Assembly (NCBI GenBank): GCA_021372785.1
Contig: JAJFTT010000036.1
Span: forward strand, 28,355 to 92,354
DNA length: 64,000 nt
Direction of reading: 5' to 3'
Origin: Negativicutes bacterium
Lineage (GTDB): Bacteria > Bacillota > JAAYKD01
Shown: in pieces, positions 9,619 to 18,192 of the stretch
Numbering within the stretch: position 1 is the first letter of the stretch
Layout of the letters: every line of letters begins with the position of its first letter
Position numbers and translations under genes: made by a program
The notes under the pieces: generated by a model
The model's database searches: none
The model's input: only the letters and a program-made list of their open reading frames with translations
What the model was told of the DNA's origin: nothing

Positions 9619-10463
9619 TTTGTTGTCCCTTCTGTTGGGGGAATGAGCCCTTCACTGTTCAGAATGGTCTGCCCTTGCGGCGAGAGCGTGAAATCGATGA
9701 ATTGTTTGGCAATTCCGCTTGGGCTTTTGCTGCAAATGAATAAAAATGGTCTGGTCAGGTTATAGCTGCCATTAAGAACGTTTTCTTTGGTGGCTGCGAT
9801 TCCTTCCAGCTGAAGAGCTTTGACTGCCTGATTGACCAACCCTAAGGAAATATAACCAATTGCATTGGGATCATCTTTCACCAGCTGCAGCACCGCTCCA
9901 TTGGAATCCTGCACGATTGCTCTGGGAGTGATTTCGGTTTTACCCATCACCAATTCTGTAAAGGCACTTCTTGTTCCGGACCCTTCCTCTCGTGTGATGA
10001 CATGAATCTTAGCGGCAGCACCGCCCAGCCGGCTCCAATCTTGACTGGCACCAGCATAAATATCACGCAGCTGATCCAACGTCAGATTCTCTACCGGATT
10101 AGCCGGGTTGACAATAACAGCCAAGCCATCGCGGGCTATTTCCACAAACCAGAGGCTTTTTTCCTCCGATTTTAAAGCCCGGGAAGACATACCGATGCCG
10201 GCGGTACCGGATTGCGCAGCGTTGATTCCGGCTGAGGAACCACCACCCTGAATATCAATTTCAGCCTCGGGATAGAGGATCATATATTCCTCGGCTAAAA
10301 TCTCCGCATACGGCTGTACGGAAGTGGAACCGGCTAAAATAATGCCACTTGCGGCAGTCTTGTTGCAGGCAGCCGTCAGACAAACGCTCAGCAGCAAGAG
10401 AAGGACAGCGAGCATGCTGCGTATTCTTTTCTTTGGTTTTAAATTAACTGTCGTCAATCTCAT
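9615..10463 (-). CDS. pstS: Phosphate-binding lipoprotein PstS
   Basis: 282 aa with a signal peptide and lipobox LTAAC. It has the PBP fold-like GSTSVQP, DIQGGGSSAG and SGTR motifs. Confidence 0.85.
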   Translation of the reverse strand: MRLTTVNLKPKKRIRSMLAVLLLLLSVCLTAACNKTAASGIILAGSTSVQPYAEILAEEYMILYPEAEIDIQGGGSSAGINAAQSGTAGIGMSSRALKSEEKSLWFVEIARDGLAVIVNPANPVENLTLDQLRDIYAGASQDWSRLGGAAAKIHVITREEGSGTRSAFTELVMGKTEITPRAIVQDSNGAVLQLVKDDPNAIGYISLGLVNQAVKALQLEGIAATKENVLNGSYNLTRPFLFICSKSPSGIAKQFIDFTLSPQGQTILNSEGLIPPTEGTTK

Positions 10464-10614
10464 AATTTACCTATGAAGATCAAACAGCAAGTCTTTTCTG
10501 TCAAGACTGTTCTTTGTTTGATTTACTCCTCTCCTTTAAAAATCAAAAAAGATATCCGCCAAAGCGGAGCAATTCAAAACCCAAATTCCTGAACACGGTG
10601 TGCTTGAATTTTCT

Positions 10615-11409
10615 TTAACCGAAACGACCTGTGATATAATCTTCGGTGCGTTTGTCTTTGGGAGCGGAAAACAGCTGGGCAGTTGCTGCATACTCAACCA
10701 GAATTCCCGCCTTATCCTGATCCATCAGCATAAAGGCAGACATATCAGAGACGCGGGCAGCTTGTTCCATATTATGAGTCACAATCACAATGGTATAATC
10801 GCGTGCCAATTCCTGCATGAGATCTTCAATCTTCATGGTGGACTCCGGATCCAGCGCACTGCAGGATTCATCCATCAGAATCACTTCGGGTTCCACAGCC
10901 AACGCCCGCGCGATACAGAGGCGCTGTTGCTGACCGGGAGCAAGCTCGAAGGCGGAGTGTTTTAAATTGTCTTTCACTTCCTGCCAAAGGGCTACTTGAC
11001 GCAAACTTCGTTCCACTATTTCAGCCAACTCAGCCGGACGATTGATGCCATGGTGTTTCGGACCAAAAGCAACGTTATCAAAAACGGACATGGGAAAAGG
11101 ATTTGGTTTTTGAAAAACCATACCTACTTTTTTCCTTAACGCTACCACATCCGTATTTTTTTCATAAATAGAAGTGCCATCCAGACGGACGATTCCTTCT
11201 ACCCGGACTCCCGGAATCAGGTCATTCATGCGATTGAAGAGACGCAGCAGTGAAGATTTGCCGCAGCCTGACGGACCAATGATCGCTGTGATGGAACAGC
11301 TTGCAATCGCTATCGTCACATCTTTTAAAGCATGAAAAGCGCCATAATAAAGATTAACCGCTTCGGTAGACAATTTAGTGGATTGTTTGTTTAAAATTAG
11401 ATCGTCCAT
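10615..11409 (-). CDS. Second PstB-family phosphate-import ATPase (paralog), encoded upstream of pstS
   Basis: 264 aa. Walker [10 protein letters not shown], signature [16 protein letters not shown], Walker [12 protein letters not shown]. It is about 60% similar to the pstB at 7158. Confidence 0.85.
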   Translation of the reverse strand: MDDLILNKQSTKLSTEAVNLYYGAFHALKDVTIAIASCSITAIIGPSGCGKSSLLRLFNRMNDLIPGVRVEGIVRLDGTSIYEKNTDVVALRKKVGMVFQKPNPFPMSVFDNVAFGPKHHGINRPAELAEIVERSLRQVALWQEVKDNLKHSAFELAPGQQQRLCIARALAVEPEVILMDESCSALDPESTMKIEDLMQELARDYTIVIVTHNMEQAARVSDMSAFMLMDQDKAGILVEYAATAQLFSAPKDKRTEDYITGRFG

Positions 11410-11752
11410 ATGTTACCCTCGCGTAAAACTGATTTAAGATAAACACATTATAGCAAAAAAAACTGATAAAGTCTAGAGAAACAAACGATTGCCTTTCTTC
11501 AGAACTTTCAAAAAAAACAAATGCGGGCGCTGATCCTCGCTTTGCTGTCTGCTTTTTTGTCTGATACTAAGCTTTGAACAAAGCACATACTTTTAAACGG
11601 TAAAGAACCGAAAGCAGGCTCCTTACCGTTTTTGATAATTGTTTGCCTGACACCCGTAAGCAGAAACTCCGGGATGGCAAACTTCGCGGGAATCTCAGTC
11701 TCCGGAAAGGGCAAGTGACATAAAACAGCATTCTGATGATACGATTCTATCA

Positions 11753-13108
11753 CTAATAAAGGTGAAGCAGCGTTAAAGTTACACCGCTAAAAAGCATCCA
11801 GGGCTTCACCGATTTTTTGCCGGTCCAAAGAGAATAAATTGCTGCAACACAACCGAGAAACAAAATACTGACCAGCCAACTGCTCTGCAGACGAAGCGGT
11901 GTAAATCCAAAATTGCTGATATAAAGCAGCAGTTTGGAAAGAGCGGTAATGGAAAAAAGAATGCTTTCGCACAGCAGCAATGTGGACATCAGGCGCAAAG
12001 CGCGATGTTGACGAATATCGCGGTCACTGCTCAGGGCAACAAGCAAGAGCAAAATAAAATTCAAAGCCAATATCCCGCAGAGTTCAAAAAACCCTTGCCG
12101 TGCATATTGAGCAACTGTAAAATCGGCCGGCAAGCGATGCAGAAAAGCGCCAAATAAATAGGAGCCCTGAATCAGAAAAAAAGAAAGATAGAGCAGTAAA
12201 AAAGCAGCTAAAATAAACATCCAGATTTTTGCCGGTATCTTACGGAACGATTCGATAGTCTTCAGGATGAATACTTTTTGTTCCTGCAAGTGTTCTGTTT
12301 CTTCTCGTTGCATGCCAATGACCAGGCTGTACAAATAGGCGCCGATTGGCAGACTGATCAGAAAACGCAGCAGAAGCTCACCGAAATGATTGATTTGAAA
12401 AAAGCGCAGAAAATTGCCGAATAAATGATCAAAAAAAGGATCCGCTGCCGAAAGCAGTGTAACAGCCAGATAGAAAAGCAAGAGCGATAATATGAAAACA
12501 ATCAATATTCCGCCTTTCAGTGCGGCCGACCCTCTGCTTTTTATTTTATCATTCACCACTGACCAGATAATGTGCCAACGCAGAAAAAACCGCCGAAACG
12601 GAAACAGAATGAGACCGTTGAACAGGTCGATCGCAGCAAAAATTCCCGTCTCCCCTTCCAACAGGCGGCCTGAACGCACAAGCAGCCAATAAACTGCCTC
12701 AAGATGGAGAATCCAGACGGCAGCGAAACCCCAAACCTGGTTTCTGCCGAACAAATAGCCAACAAGGCTGAGCCAAAGGCAACCCAGCCAAATAAAACTT
12801 TCCCAGGTTGCCTTGTGTTTATGAAAGACAAGCTCCGCAGCCAGCCAGAAACCAAAGACAAAAATCACTAAAAACAGTTTACGATCGCTTTCTTGGCTGC
12901 TGAAAATATAGGTATAGAGAAAAGCGAGCAGATAACTGATCGGCAGCGCAACTATATCGGACTGAGAAGCTGCAAGCACTGCCCTGGATTCACTTTGAGC
13001 CGGCAGCCGATTATGCTTGGCTGCTTCGTTGTTATTGCTGTTACGATCCATCTTTTTTCTCCGTTCTGTTTTTCTGATTCCAACCGAAGAGAAGCTATAA
13101 ACTGTCAT
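11753..13108 (-). CDS. Polytopic membrane protein (DUF4153-like), last gene of the DUF2975/XRE operon
   Basis: 451 aa with about 12 predicted TM helices. An alternative start at MDRNSNN (13051) would avoid the overlap with the XRE gene. Confidence 0.6.
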   Translation of the reverse strand: MTVYSFSSVGIRKTERRKKMDRNSNNNEAAKHNRLPAQSESRAVLAASQSDIVALPISYLLAFLYTYIFSSQESDRKLFLVIFVFGFWLAAELVFHKHKATWESFIWLGCLWLSLVGYLFGRNQVWGFAAVWILHLEAVYWLLVRSGRLLEGETGIFAAIDLFNGLILFPFRRFFLRWHIIWSVVNDKIKSRGSAALKGGILIVFILSLLLFYLAVTLLSAADPFFDHLFGNFLRFFQINHFGELLLRFLISLPIGAYLYSLVIGMQREETEHLQEQKVFILKTIESFRKIPAKIWMFILAAFLLLYLSFFLIQGSYLFGAFLHRLPADFTVAQYARQGFFELCGILALNFILLLLVALSSDRDIRQHRALRLMSTLLLCESILFSITALSKLLLYISNFGFTPLRLQSSWLVSILFLGCVAAIYSLWTGKKSVKPWMLFSGVTLTLLHLY

Positions 13109-13307
13109 CCCGAAATTCTAGAATATCACCCGGTTGGCATTGCAATTCGTGACAAAGCGCCATTAAAGTGGAAAAGCGAATCGCCTTCGCTTTGTTGTTT
13201 TTCAAAATGGAAAGATTCGCCGGGGAGATTCCTACGCGTTCGGCAAGCTCACCGGCAGAGATTTTCCGTTTGGCCATCATCACATCGAGATTGACAATAA
13301 TTTCCAT
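13095..13307 (-). CDS. Small XRE/Cro-family HTH transcriptional regulator (YozG-like)
   Basis: About 70 aa: MEIIVNLDVMMAKRKISAGELAERVGISPANLSILKNNKAKAIRFSTLMALCHELQCQPGDILEF. This is the typical partner of DUF2975 membrane proteins. Confidence 0.7.
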   Translation of the reverse strand: MEIIVNLDVMMAKRKISAGELAERVGISPANLSILKNNKAKAIRFSTLMALCHELQCQPGDILEFRDDSL

Positions 13308-13318
13308 ATCAAACCCTC

Positions 13319-13813
13319 TCAAACTGTAAAATCCAATTCTTCTTTCATGATACGGGCTTGTTCAAACACATTCTTCACAATGCGGACGATCAGTCCGACA
13401 AAACCAGCCGCAATTGCGATCAGAATGATCGGAAAGTAAAAAAAGGCACTGGCAAAACCAATGGCGCAGACAGCAAAGCAGCACCAACTTGTGATCCGCA
13501 GATAACGCACATTATCAATTTGGAAAACAATCCCCGCTTTCATATTCTGCAGCAGTTTCCAAAGTGAAAAAAGCAAGATCCATGCCATTATGCTGCAGGA
13601 ATAAATGACCGCAAAGAGGAAACCGCTGTTTTGCAGACTACCAAGAATGACAGAGAGACTGAGCAGCCGGGGAACCAACCAGCAGGCTCCAAAATCAATG
13701 GCAGCCAAAAGGACGGCGAATGCGATGATACAGAGGCGGGACAATAGAATGCTTTTGTTCTGGTTCCAATCCATCGTATCACCTCCCTTCCGGAATTGAA
13801 GCAAATATAGCAT
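13319..13813 (-). CDS. DUF2975-family membrane protein
   Basis: 164 aa with 4 TM, encoded immediately upstream of the small XRE regulator (4 nt overlap). Confidence 0.65.
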   Translation of the reverse strand: MLYLLQFRKGGDTMDWNQNKSILLSRLCIIAFAVLLAAIDFGACWLVPRLLSLSVILGSLQNSGFLFAVIYSCSIMAWILLFSLWKLLQNMKAGIVFQIDNVRYLRITSWCCFAVCAIGFASAFFYFPIILIAIAAGFVGLIVRIVKNVFEQARIMKEELDFTV

Positions 13814-13814
13814 G

Positions 13815-13852
13815 TTATTTCTTGTTTGTCAATATATATATATTGATAAACG
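13815..13852 (-). promoter_or_regulatory. Promoter with an embedded 18 bp perfect palindrome (candidate operator)
   Basis: On the minus strand: TTGACA, 17 nt, TATATT. The palindrome TCAATATATATATATTGA overlaps the -10 region. Confidence 0.4.
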
Positions 13853-13964
13853 ATAATTTACTTTGCGCTGGAAAAGATGAGGCGTATAAAAAAATCCCTT
13901 TGCAGCGATACCTGACAGTTGGCTGACAGGTATTGCTGTAAAGGGAGTATACTGTTGAATTATC

Positions 13965-15092
13965 CTAGCGTACGGTACTTTCCACTGATTGTTGCCCGCA
14001 GCTTTTTGCCGCAATCGCGTCGTTATATTCTTGCACCAAGGAATTGATTAATTCCCGCACCGATACAATTTTGTCTGAGCGGTAGGCATTGGCGCCCGCA
14101 AAAACGAAACCATGCTGCATTCTGCCTTTTTTTGCATTGATCAGTGCCAGCGAGATACAGTAGGGACTGGTTTGATAATTGCAGGTGCTGATACAATGGA
14201 ACGGGCAGACAAAGGGTATTTTGGCGCCGGCTTTTACCTCTTGCAGAAATTCATTGATAATCGCACGTCCCGGCATACCGACCGGGCTTTGGATAATGCC
14301 AATATCCTCTGCTTTGCAGCTAAGATAAGCATTTTTAAATTCCGGCGCAGCATCACATTCTTCTGTCGTAACAAAGCGGGTCGCCATTTGCACACCGGCA
14401 GCACCGAGCTGAAACATGCGGGCAATATCTTCACCGCTGTAAATGCCGCCTGCCGCGATGACCGGAATCGTTTTTCCGGTTTGAGCTGCAATTTTCTTCG
14501 TTTCGGCGATGACTTCAGGCAAGATTTTTTCCAGCTGGTAATTCGGATCCGTTAGCTGTTCGACCTTAAATCCCAGATGACCGCCTGCTTTCGGTCCTTC
14601 TACGACGACAGCGCTCGGCGAATAGTTGTATTTTTCCACCCAGAATTTTGCAATCAATTTAACCGCTCTCGCGGAGGATACAATGGGGGCCAGCTTTGTT
14701 TTACTGGATGGAGTCAGAAAGGAAGGCAGAGTCAGAGGGAGACCGGCTCCGGAAAAGATCAGATCAATACCTTCTTCAATTGCCGTTTTCACCATATCCG
14801 CAAAATTCGAAGAAGCCACCATGATATTTACACCAAGTACCCCTTTGCTCAATACACGGGCCAACTTGATTTCTTTTCTTAGTGCTCTGATATTCGCTTC
14901 CAAATAATTCGTGTTAAAATCAGGTTCCGACATGCCGATGCCGGCAGTGGAAATGACACCGATACCACCCTGATTGGCGACGGCTGAGGCTAATCCGCTT
15001 AACGAGATGCCAATTCCCATGCCGCCTTGAATGATCGGTAATTTTACAGTTAAGTCGCCGATGGTTAAGCTGGGACCGCTCCAAGAAATCAT
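13965..15092 (-). CDS. Nitronate monooxygenase (NMO/2-nitropropane dioxygenase; FabK-like FMN enzyme) with a Cys-rich C-terminal extension
   Basis: 375 aa. The N-terminus LPIIQGGMGIGIS and glycine-rich TIM-barrel motifs fit the NMO family. The C-terminal insert reads CPFHCISTCNYQTSPYC. Confidence 0.8.
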   Translation of the reverse strand: MISWSGPSLTIGDLTVKLPIIQGGMGIGISLSGLASAVANQGGIGVISTAGIGMSEPDFNTNYLEANIRALRKEIKLARVLSKGVLGVNIMVASSNFADMVKTAIEEGIDLIFSGAGLPLTLPSFLTPSSKTKLAPIVSSARAVKLIAKFWVEKYNYSPSAVVVEGPKAGGHLGFKVEQLTDPNYQLEKILPEVIAETKKIAAQTGKTIPVIAAGGIYSGEDIARMFQLGAAGVQMATRFVTTEECDAAPEFKNAYLSCKAEDIGIIQSPVGMPGRAIINEFLQEVKAGAKIPFVCPFHCISTCNYQTSPYCISLALINAKKGRMQHGFVFAGANAYRSDKIVSVRELINSLVQEYNDAIAAKSCGQQSVESTVR

Positions 15093-15217
15093 GCAAATTC
15101 TCCTTGTACTTTAAATTCATAAACCTATTATAGCACAAAAAGAACAGCCTGACCAGAAAAATCGATCCACACCCCCTGGCAGGCTGGCAAAGTAGGCAAA
15201 GCCTTCTTCTGCTTTCC

Positions 15218-15538
15218 CTATTGTCTTTTGCTGCCGACATACGAGCCTACGCCGCCGGCAACATTCGTCACATCATAGCCTGCCTTAGTCAATTGTCTGC
15301 AGGCACTCTGACTTCTCGCTCCGGACTGGCAAATCAGATAATACGGCTGATCCTTTTGTAAATAGCCCTCCGGCTGACGCAGCAGTGTCTGCATCGGGAT
15401 ATTCTTGGCGCTTCGGATGGATCCCGCACGAAATTCACTCGGTTCTCTGATATCAATCAGGTTGATTGTGCCGATCAGGCGATCGATGTCGTTGACGTGA
15501 ATCGATTTGATTGTTGGCTGATTAAAAAAATTAAACAT
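15218..15538 (-). CDS. Single-domain rhodanese sulfurtransferase
   Basis: 106 aa with the active-site loop CQSGARSQ. Confidence 0.8.
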   Translation of the reverse strand: MFNFFNQPTIKSIHVNDIDRLIGTINLIDIREPSEFRAGSIRSAKNIPMQTLLRQPEGYLQKDQPYYLICQSGARSQSACRQLTKAGYDVTNVAGGVGSYVGSKRQ

Positions 15539-15749
15539 TCTCTACCTCCACTAAAATCTGATTTTTACTCATGATAACCGTTCTCTTTGGCGAATTCAGT
15601 AACTAAATCACATACAAAAAAAACTGACCCTTTTGCCAACCACCGAAGCAATTTCGGAACTATGGTTTGCAATCGGGACAGTGTTTGATTTCAAAGCGAA
15701 ATTTGATGATCGCAGCGAAGAAGAAAAGAGGATAACTCCAATCGTAAGT

Positions 15750-16196
15750 TTATTCCGGTATGACTACAACAGCAACCTCGGAGTCGCGTACGATCTTGGA
15801 AGTGACCGAACCGATCAGCCTGGACAATCCCATTACGCTGGATTTTGTCATGACGATCAGATCAAATCCGCCTTCTTTGGCTGTATCGAGAATCACACTG
15901 CCACTCTGACCTTCCAGTGAGAGTTTCGTCACTCGATAGCCGTCCAGCATTTTTTCGCCTTCCTCTAAGGTTTCAGTGCTTCTCTTTTTGGAAATTTCAT
16001 ACATTTCGCTGAAATCATATAACGGGCTTTCCCCAAAAGACGACATCTGCGGGATATAAGCCGAGAGCTCAATCACGTTGAGCAAAGTGATTTCCGCTTC
16101 GTCCTTGGAAAAGAATTTTTTCAGCCAGAGCAAAGAGTGTGTACTTTTCTCGGAACCATCCAACGGGACTAATATTTTCAACTGCACAGATAACAC
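15750..16196 (-). CDS. Universal stress protein (UspA family)
   Basis: 148 aa with ILVPLDGSEKS near the N-terminus and the C-terminal ATP-binding motif G-x-2-G-x-9-G-S-V. Confidence 0.8.
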   Translation of the reverse strand: MLSVQLKILVPLDGSEKSTHSLLWLKKFFSKDEAEITLLNVIELSAYIPQMSSFGESPLYDFSEMYEISKKRSTETLEEGEKMLDGYRVTKLSLEGQSGSVILDTAKEGGFDLIVMTKSSVMGLSRLIGSVTSKIVRDSEVAVVVIPE

Positions 16197-16347
16197 ATCC
16201 TTTTCTTTCTAAGATAATGAAACCGTTCGACGTCAGCGTCCGATTTTCCTCCTGTTGTGATGAAACAGAAGAACGATCGCACTTTCTTTGCCGGTGGTCA
16301 TCCGCTATGGTAATCGAATTGAATTTTAAAAAAAACAGAGAGAGAAA

Positions 16348-18147
16348 CTAGAACGTCCGGAGCTTTAAATCTGGCAACACATCTTTCAGGAAAACGTCGA
16401 CAATTTTACTGTCAAAATCAAGATCAGCGCAACGTTTTAATTCTGCGACGGCTTCCTCCATGCTCAACCGTCTTCGATAACTTCTCTCATTGGTCATAAC
16501 ATCAAAGGCATCCGCAATGGAAAGAATTCTCGCTTGCAGCGGTATCTCTTCTCCCTTTAAACCATTCGGATAACCGCTGCCGTTCCATTTTTCATGATGC
16601 GCAATGATGGTATTGGCTACCTCGGAAAATTCGTTGACAGAACTCAGAATGCGCCAGCCAATTTCAGGATGCTTTCTGATTTGATTCATTTCATCCTGGG
16701 TGAGTCTGCCCGCTTTATTGAGAATCACTTCATCAATACCAATTTTACCAATATCATGAACCAGACCTGCGATTCGAATCTGACCGATTTCATCCGGTTT
16801 CAGGCCCATTTTGACTGCAAGCGCCTGGCTGATCGCGCTGACTCGTTGAGAATGATTGGATTCTCTGCTGCTTTTCGCAAATAGAGTATTCAGGATAATA
16901 TCGATGGTATGGCTCCTCAGGCTGGAACGCTCATAGAGTTTGTTGCGGAACAGATCATTCTCCGCGTTGATCAAAACCTCGGAAATGGCCTGCTCCACAG
17001 TCTCTTTTGTATCAGAACCCAAAGAAATAGAATATCCCGGTTTGCTGGTTTTGACCTCCAGAGCCAATTTTTTAATTGTATTGATCCTTTCCTGCGCGGC
17101 AGCGGAATTGGTATGCGGCAGGATGACAGCAAATTCATCTCCGCCAAGTCTGCAGCAGATCTCTCCGTCCCGGCAAGCTTTCTGCAAAATTTCAGCAGTA
17201 CTGCGCAGAAATTCATCACCGACAAGATGTCCAAAAGAATCATTGATCATTTTCAGACCATTGATGTCACACATTACGACCGAGAGCGGAAGTTTGGCTG
17301 CAATATCAAGCCGGTTCAATTCTTCTTCATAAAATCTACGGTTATACAGCCCGGTCAATAAATCGTGATAGCTCAGATAAATGAAGTTTTCTTCCGCTTC
17401 CTTTCTGGCTGAGATGTCTCTCACAATACAGAGCCGCACTAATTTATCTTCAAGCATCATGCGGCTTTCACTGACTTCTACTTGAATGGGAACCTGGCTT
17501 TTCGTGTAGTGGATCGTTTCATAAAAATCGCGGCTGTCATCTACTTTTTTGTTTTCTTGCAATGTCGATGTCCCTTGGTCAGGAGCGCTTAAGTCGTGAA
17601 ACCGCAAGCGTAAAAACTCCTCAAAAGAGTAGCCGTACATGGCGATCGCGGCCTGGTTGATCTCCAAAATATGACCTTCCAGATCAATAAAGAGCATGGC
17701 GTCACTCGCTTTATCAGCCAGCAAATGATAAAGGTTCATTCGCTTTTGCAATTTCAGATTTTCTTTCCTCAATTTTGCTTCTTGATACTCGCGAAGAACT
17801 ACGGATGGAATTCTACCCATGTTGTGCTTCATGATACAGTCGCGGCAACCGCTTCTCATTAATTCAACGGCTTGTTCTTCTCCGATCACCCCTGAGACAA
17901 TAATAATGGGTAGAAACGGATTGAATTTCTGGATACTCTTAATCGCCTCAACAGCATGAAACGACGGCATGGCATAATCGCAGAGGATAATATACCATTC
18001 CTGTTCCTTCAGCTGCGCTTCCATAGCCCGAACATTGTCTACCTGGCTATAGATAACCGGAATTTTCGCTTCATCAAATTTGTTCATGATCAGCTCGGCG
18101 TCAAGCTCGGAGTCATCAATTAAGAGGATTCTTAAAGTCTCATTCAT
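16348..18147 (-). CDS. Response regulator with REC, PAS, GGDEF and HD-GYP domains (c-di-GMP synthesis/hydrolysis composite)
   Basis: 599 aa. REC domain (LLIDDSELD ... phospho-acceptor D in ILCDYAMP), PAS, GGDEF (RLGGDEFAV), and HD-GYP (HDIGKIG ... HHEKWNGSGYP). Confidence 0.85.
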   Translation of the reverse strand: MNETLRILLIDDSELDAELIMNKFDEAKIPVIYSQVDNVRAMEAQLKEQEWYIILCDYAMPSFHAVEAIKSIQKFNPFLPIIIVSGVIGEEQAVELMRSGCRDCIMKHNMGRIPSVVLREYQEAKLRKENLKLQKRMNLYHLLADKASDAMLFIDLEGHILEINQAAIAMYGYSFEEFLRLRFHDLSAPDQGTSTLQENKKVDDSRDFYETIHYTKSQVPIQVEVSESRMMLEDKLVRLCIVRDISARKEAEENFIYLSYHDLLTGLYNRRFYEEELNRLDIAAKLPLSVVMCDINGLKMINDSFGHLVGDEFLRSTAEILQKACRDGEICCRLGGDEFAVILPHTNSAAAQERINTIKKLALEVKTSKPGYSISLGSDTKETVEQAISEVLINAENDLFRNKLYERSSLRSHTIDIILNTLFAKSSRESNHSQRVSAISQALAVKMGLKPDEIGQIRIAGLVHDIGKIGIDEVILNKAGRLTQDEMNQIRKHPEIGWRILSSVNEFSEVANTIIAHHEKWNGSGYPNGLKGEEIPLQARILSIADAFDVMTNERSYRRRLSMEEAVAELKRCADLDFDSKIVDVFLKDVLPDLKLRTF

Positions 18148-18192
18148 TTCTGTCCCTTCTTTGCTTTTAAAAATTTAAAGTGCAGCCAACCA

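Noticed and set aside
11508-11753. An 81 aa minus-strand ORF between the DUF4153-like gene and pstB'
   Set aside because: It has no ribosome-binding site and no domain signal. The interval instead contains a terminator-like hairpin (ACGGUAAAG...CUUACCGU) and is the expected promoter or Pho-box region of the pst operon.
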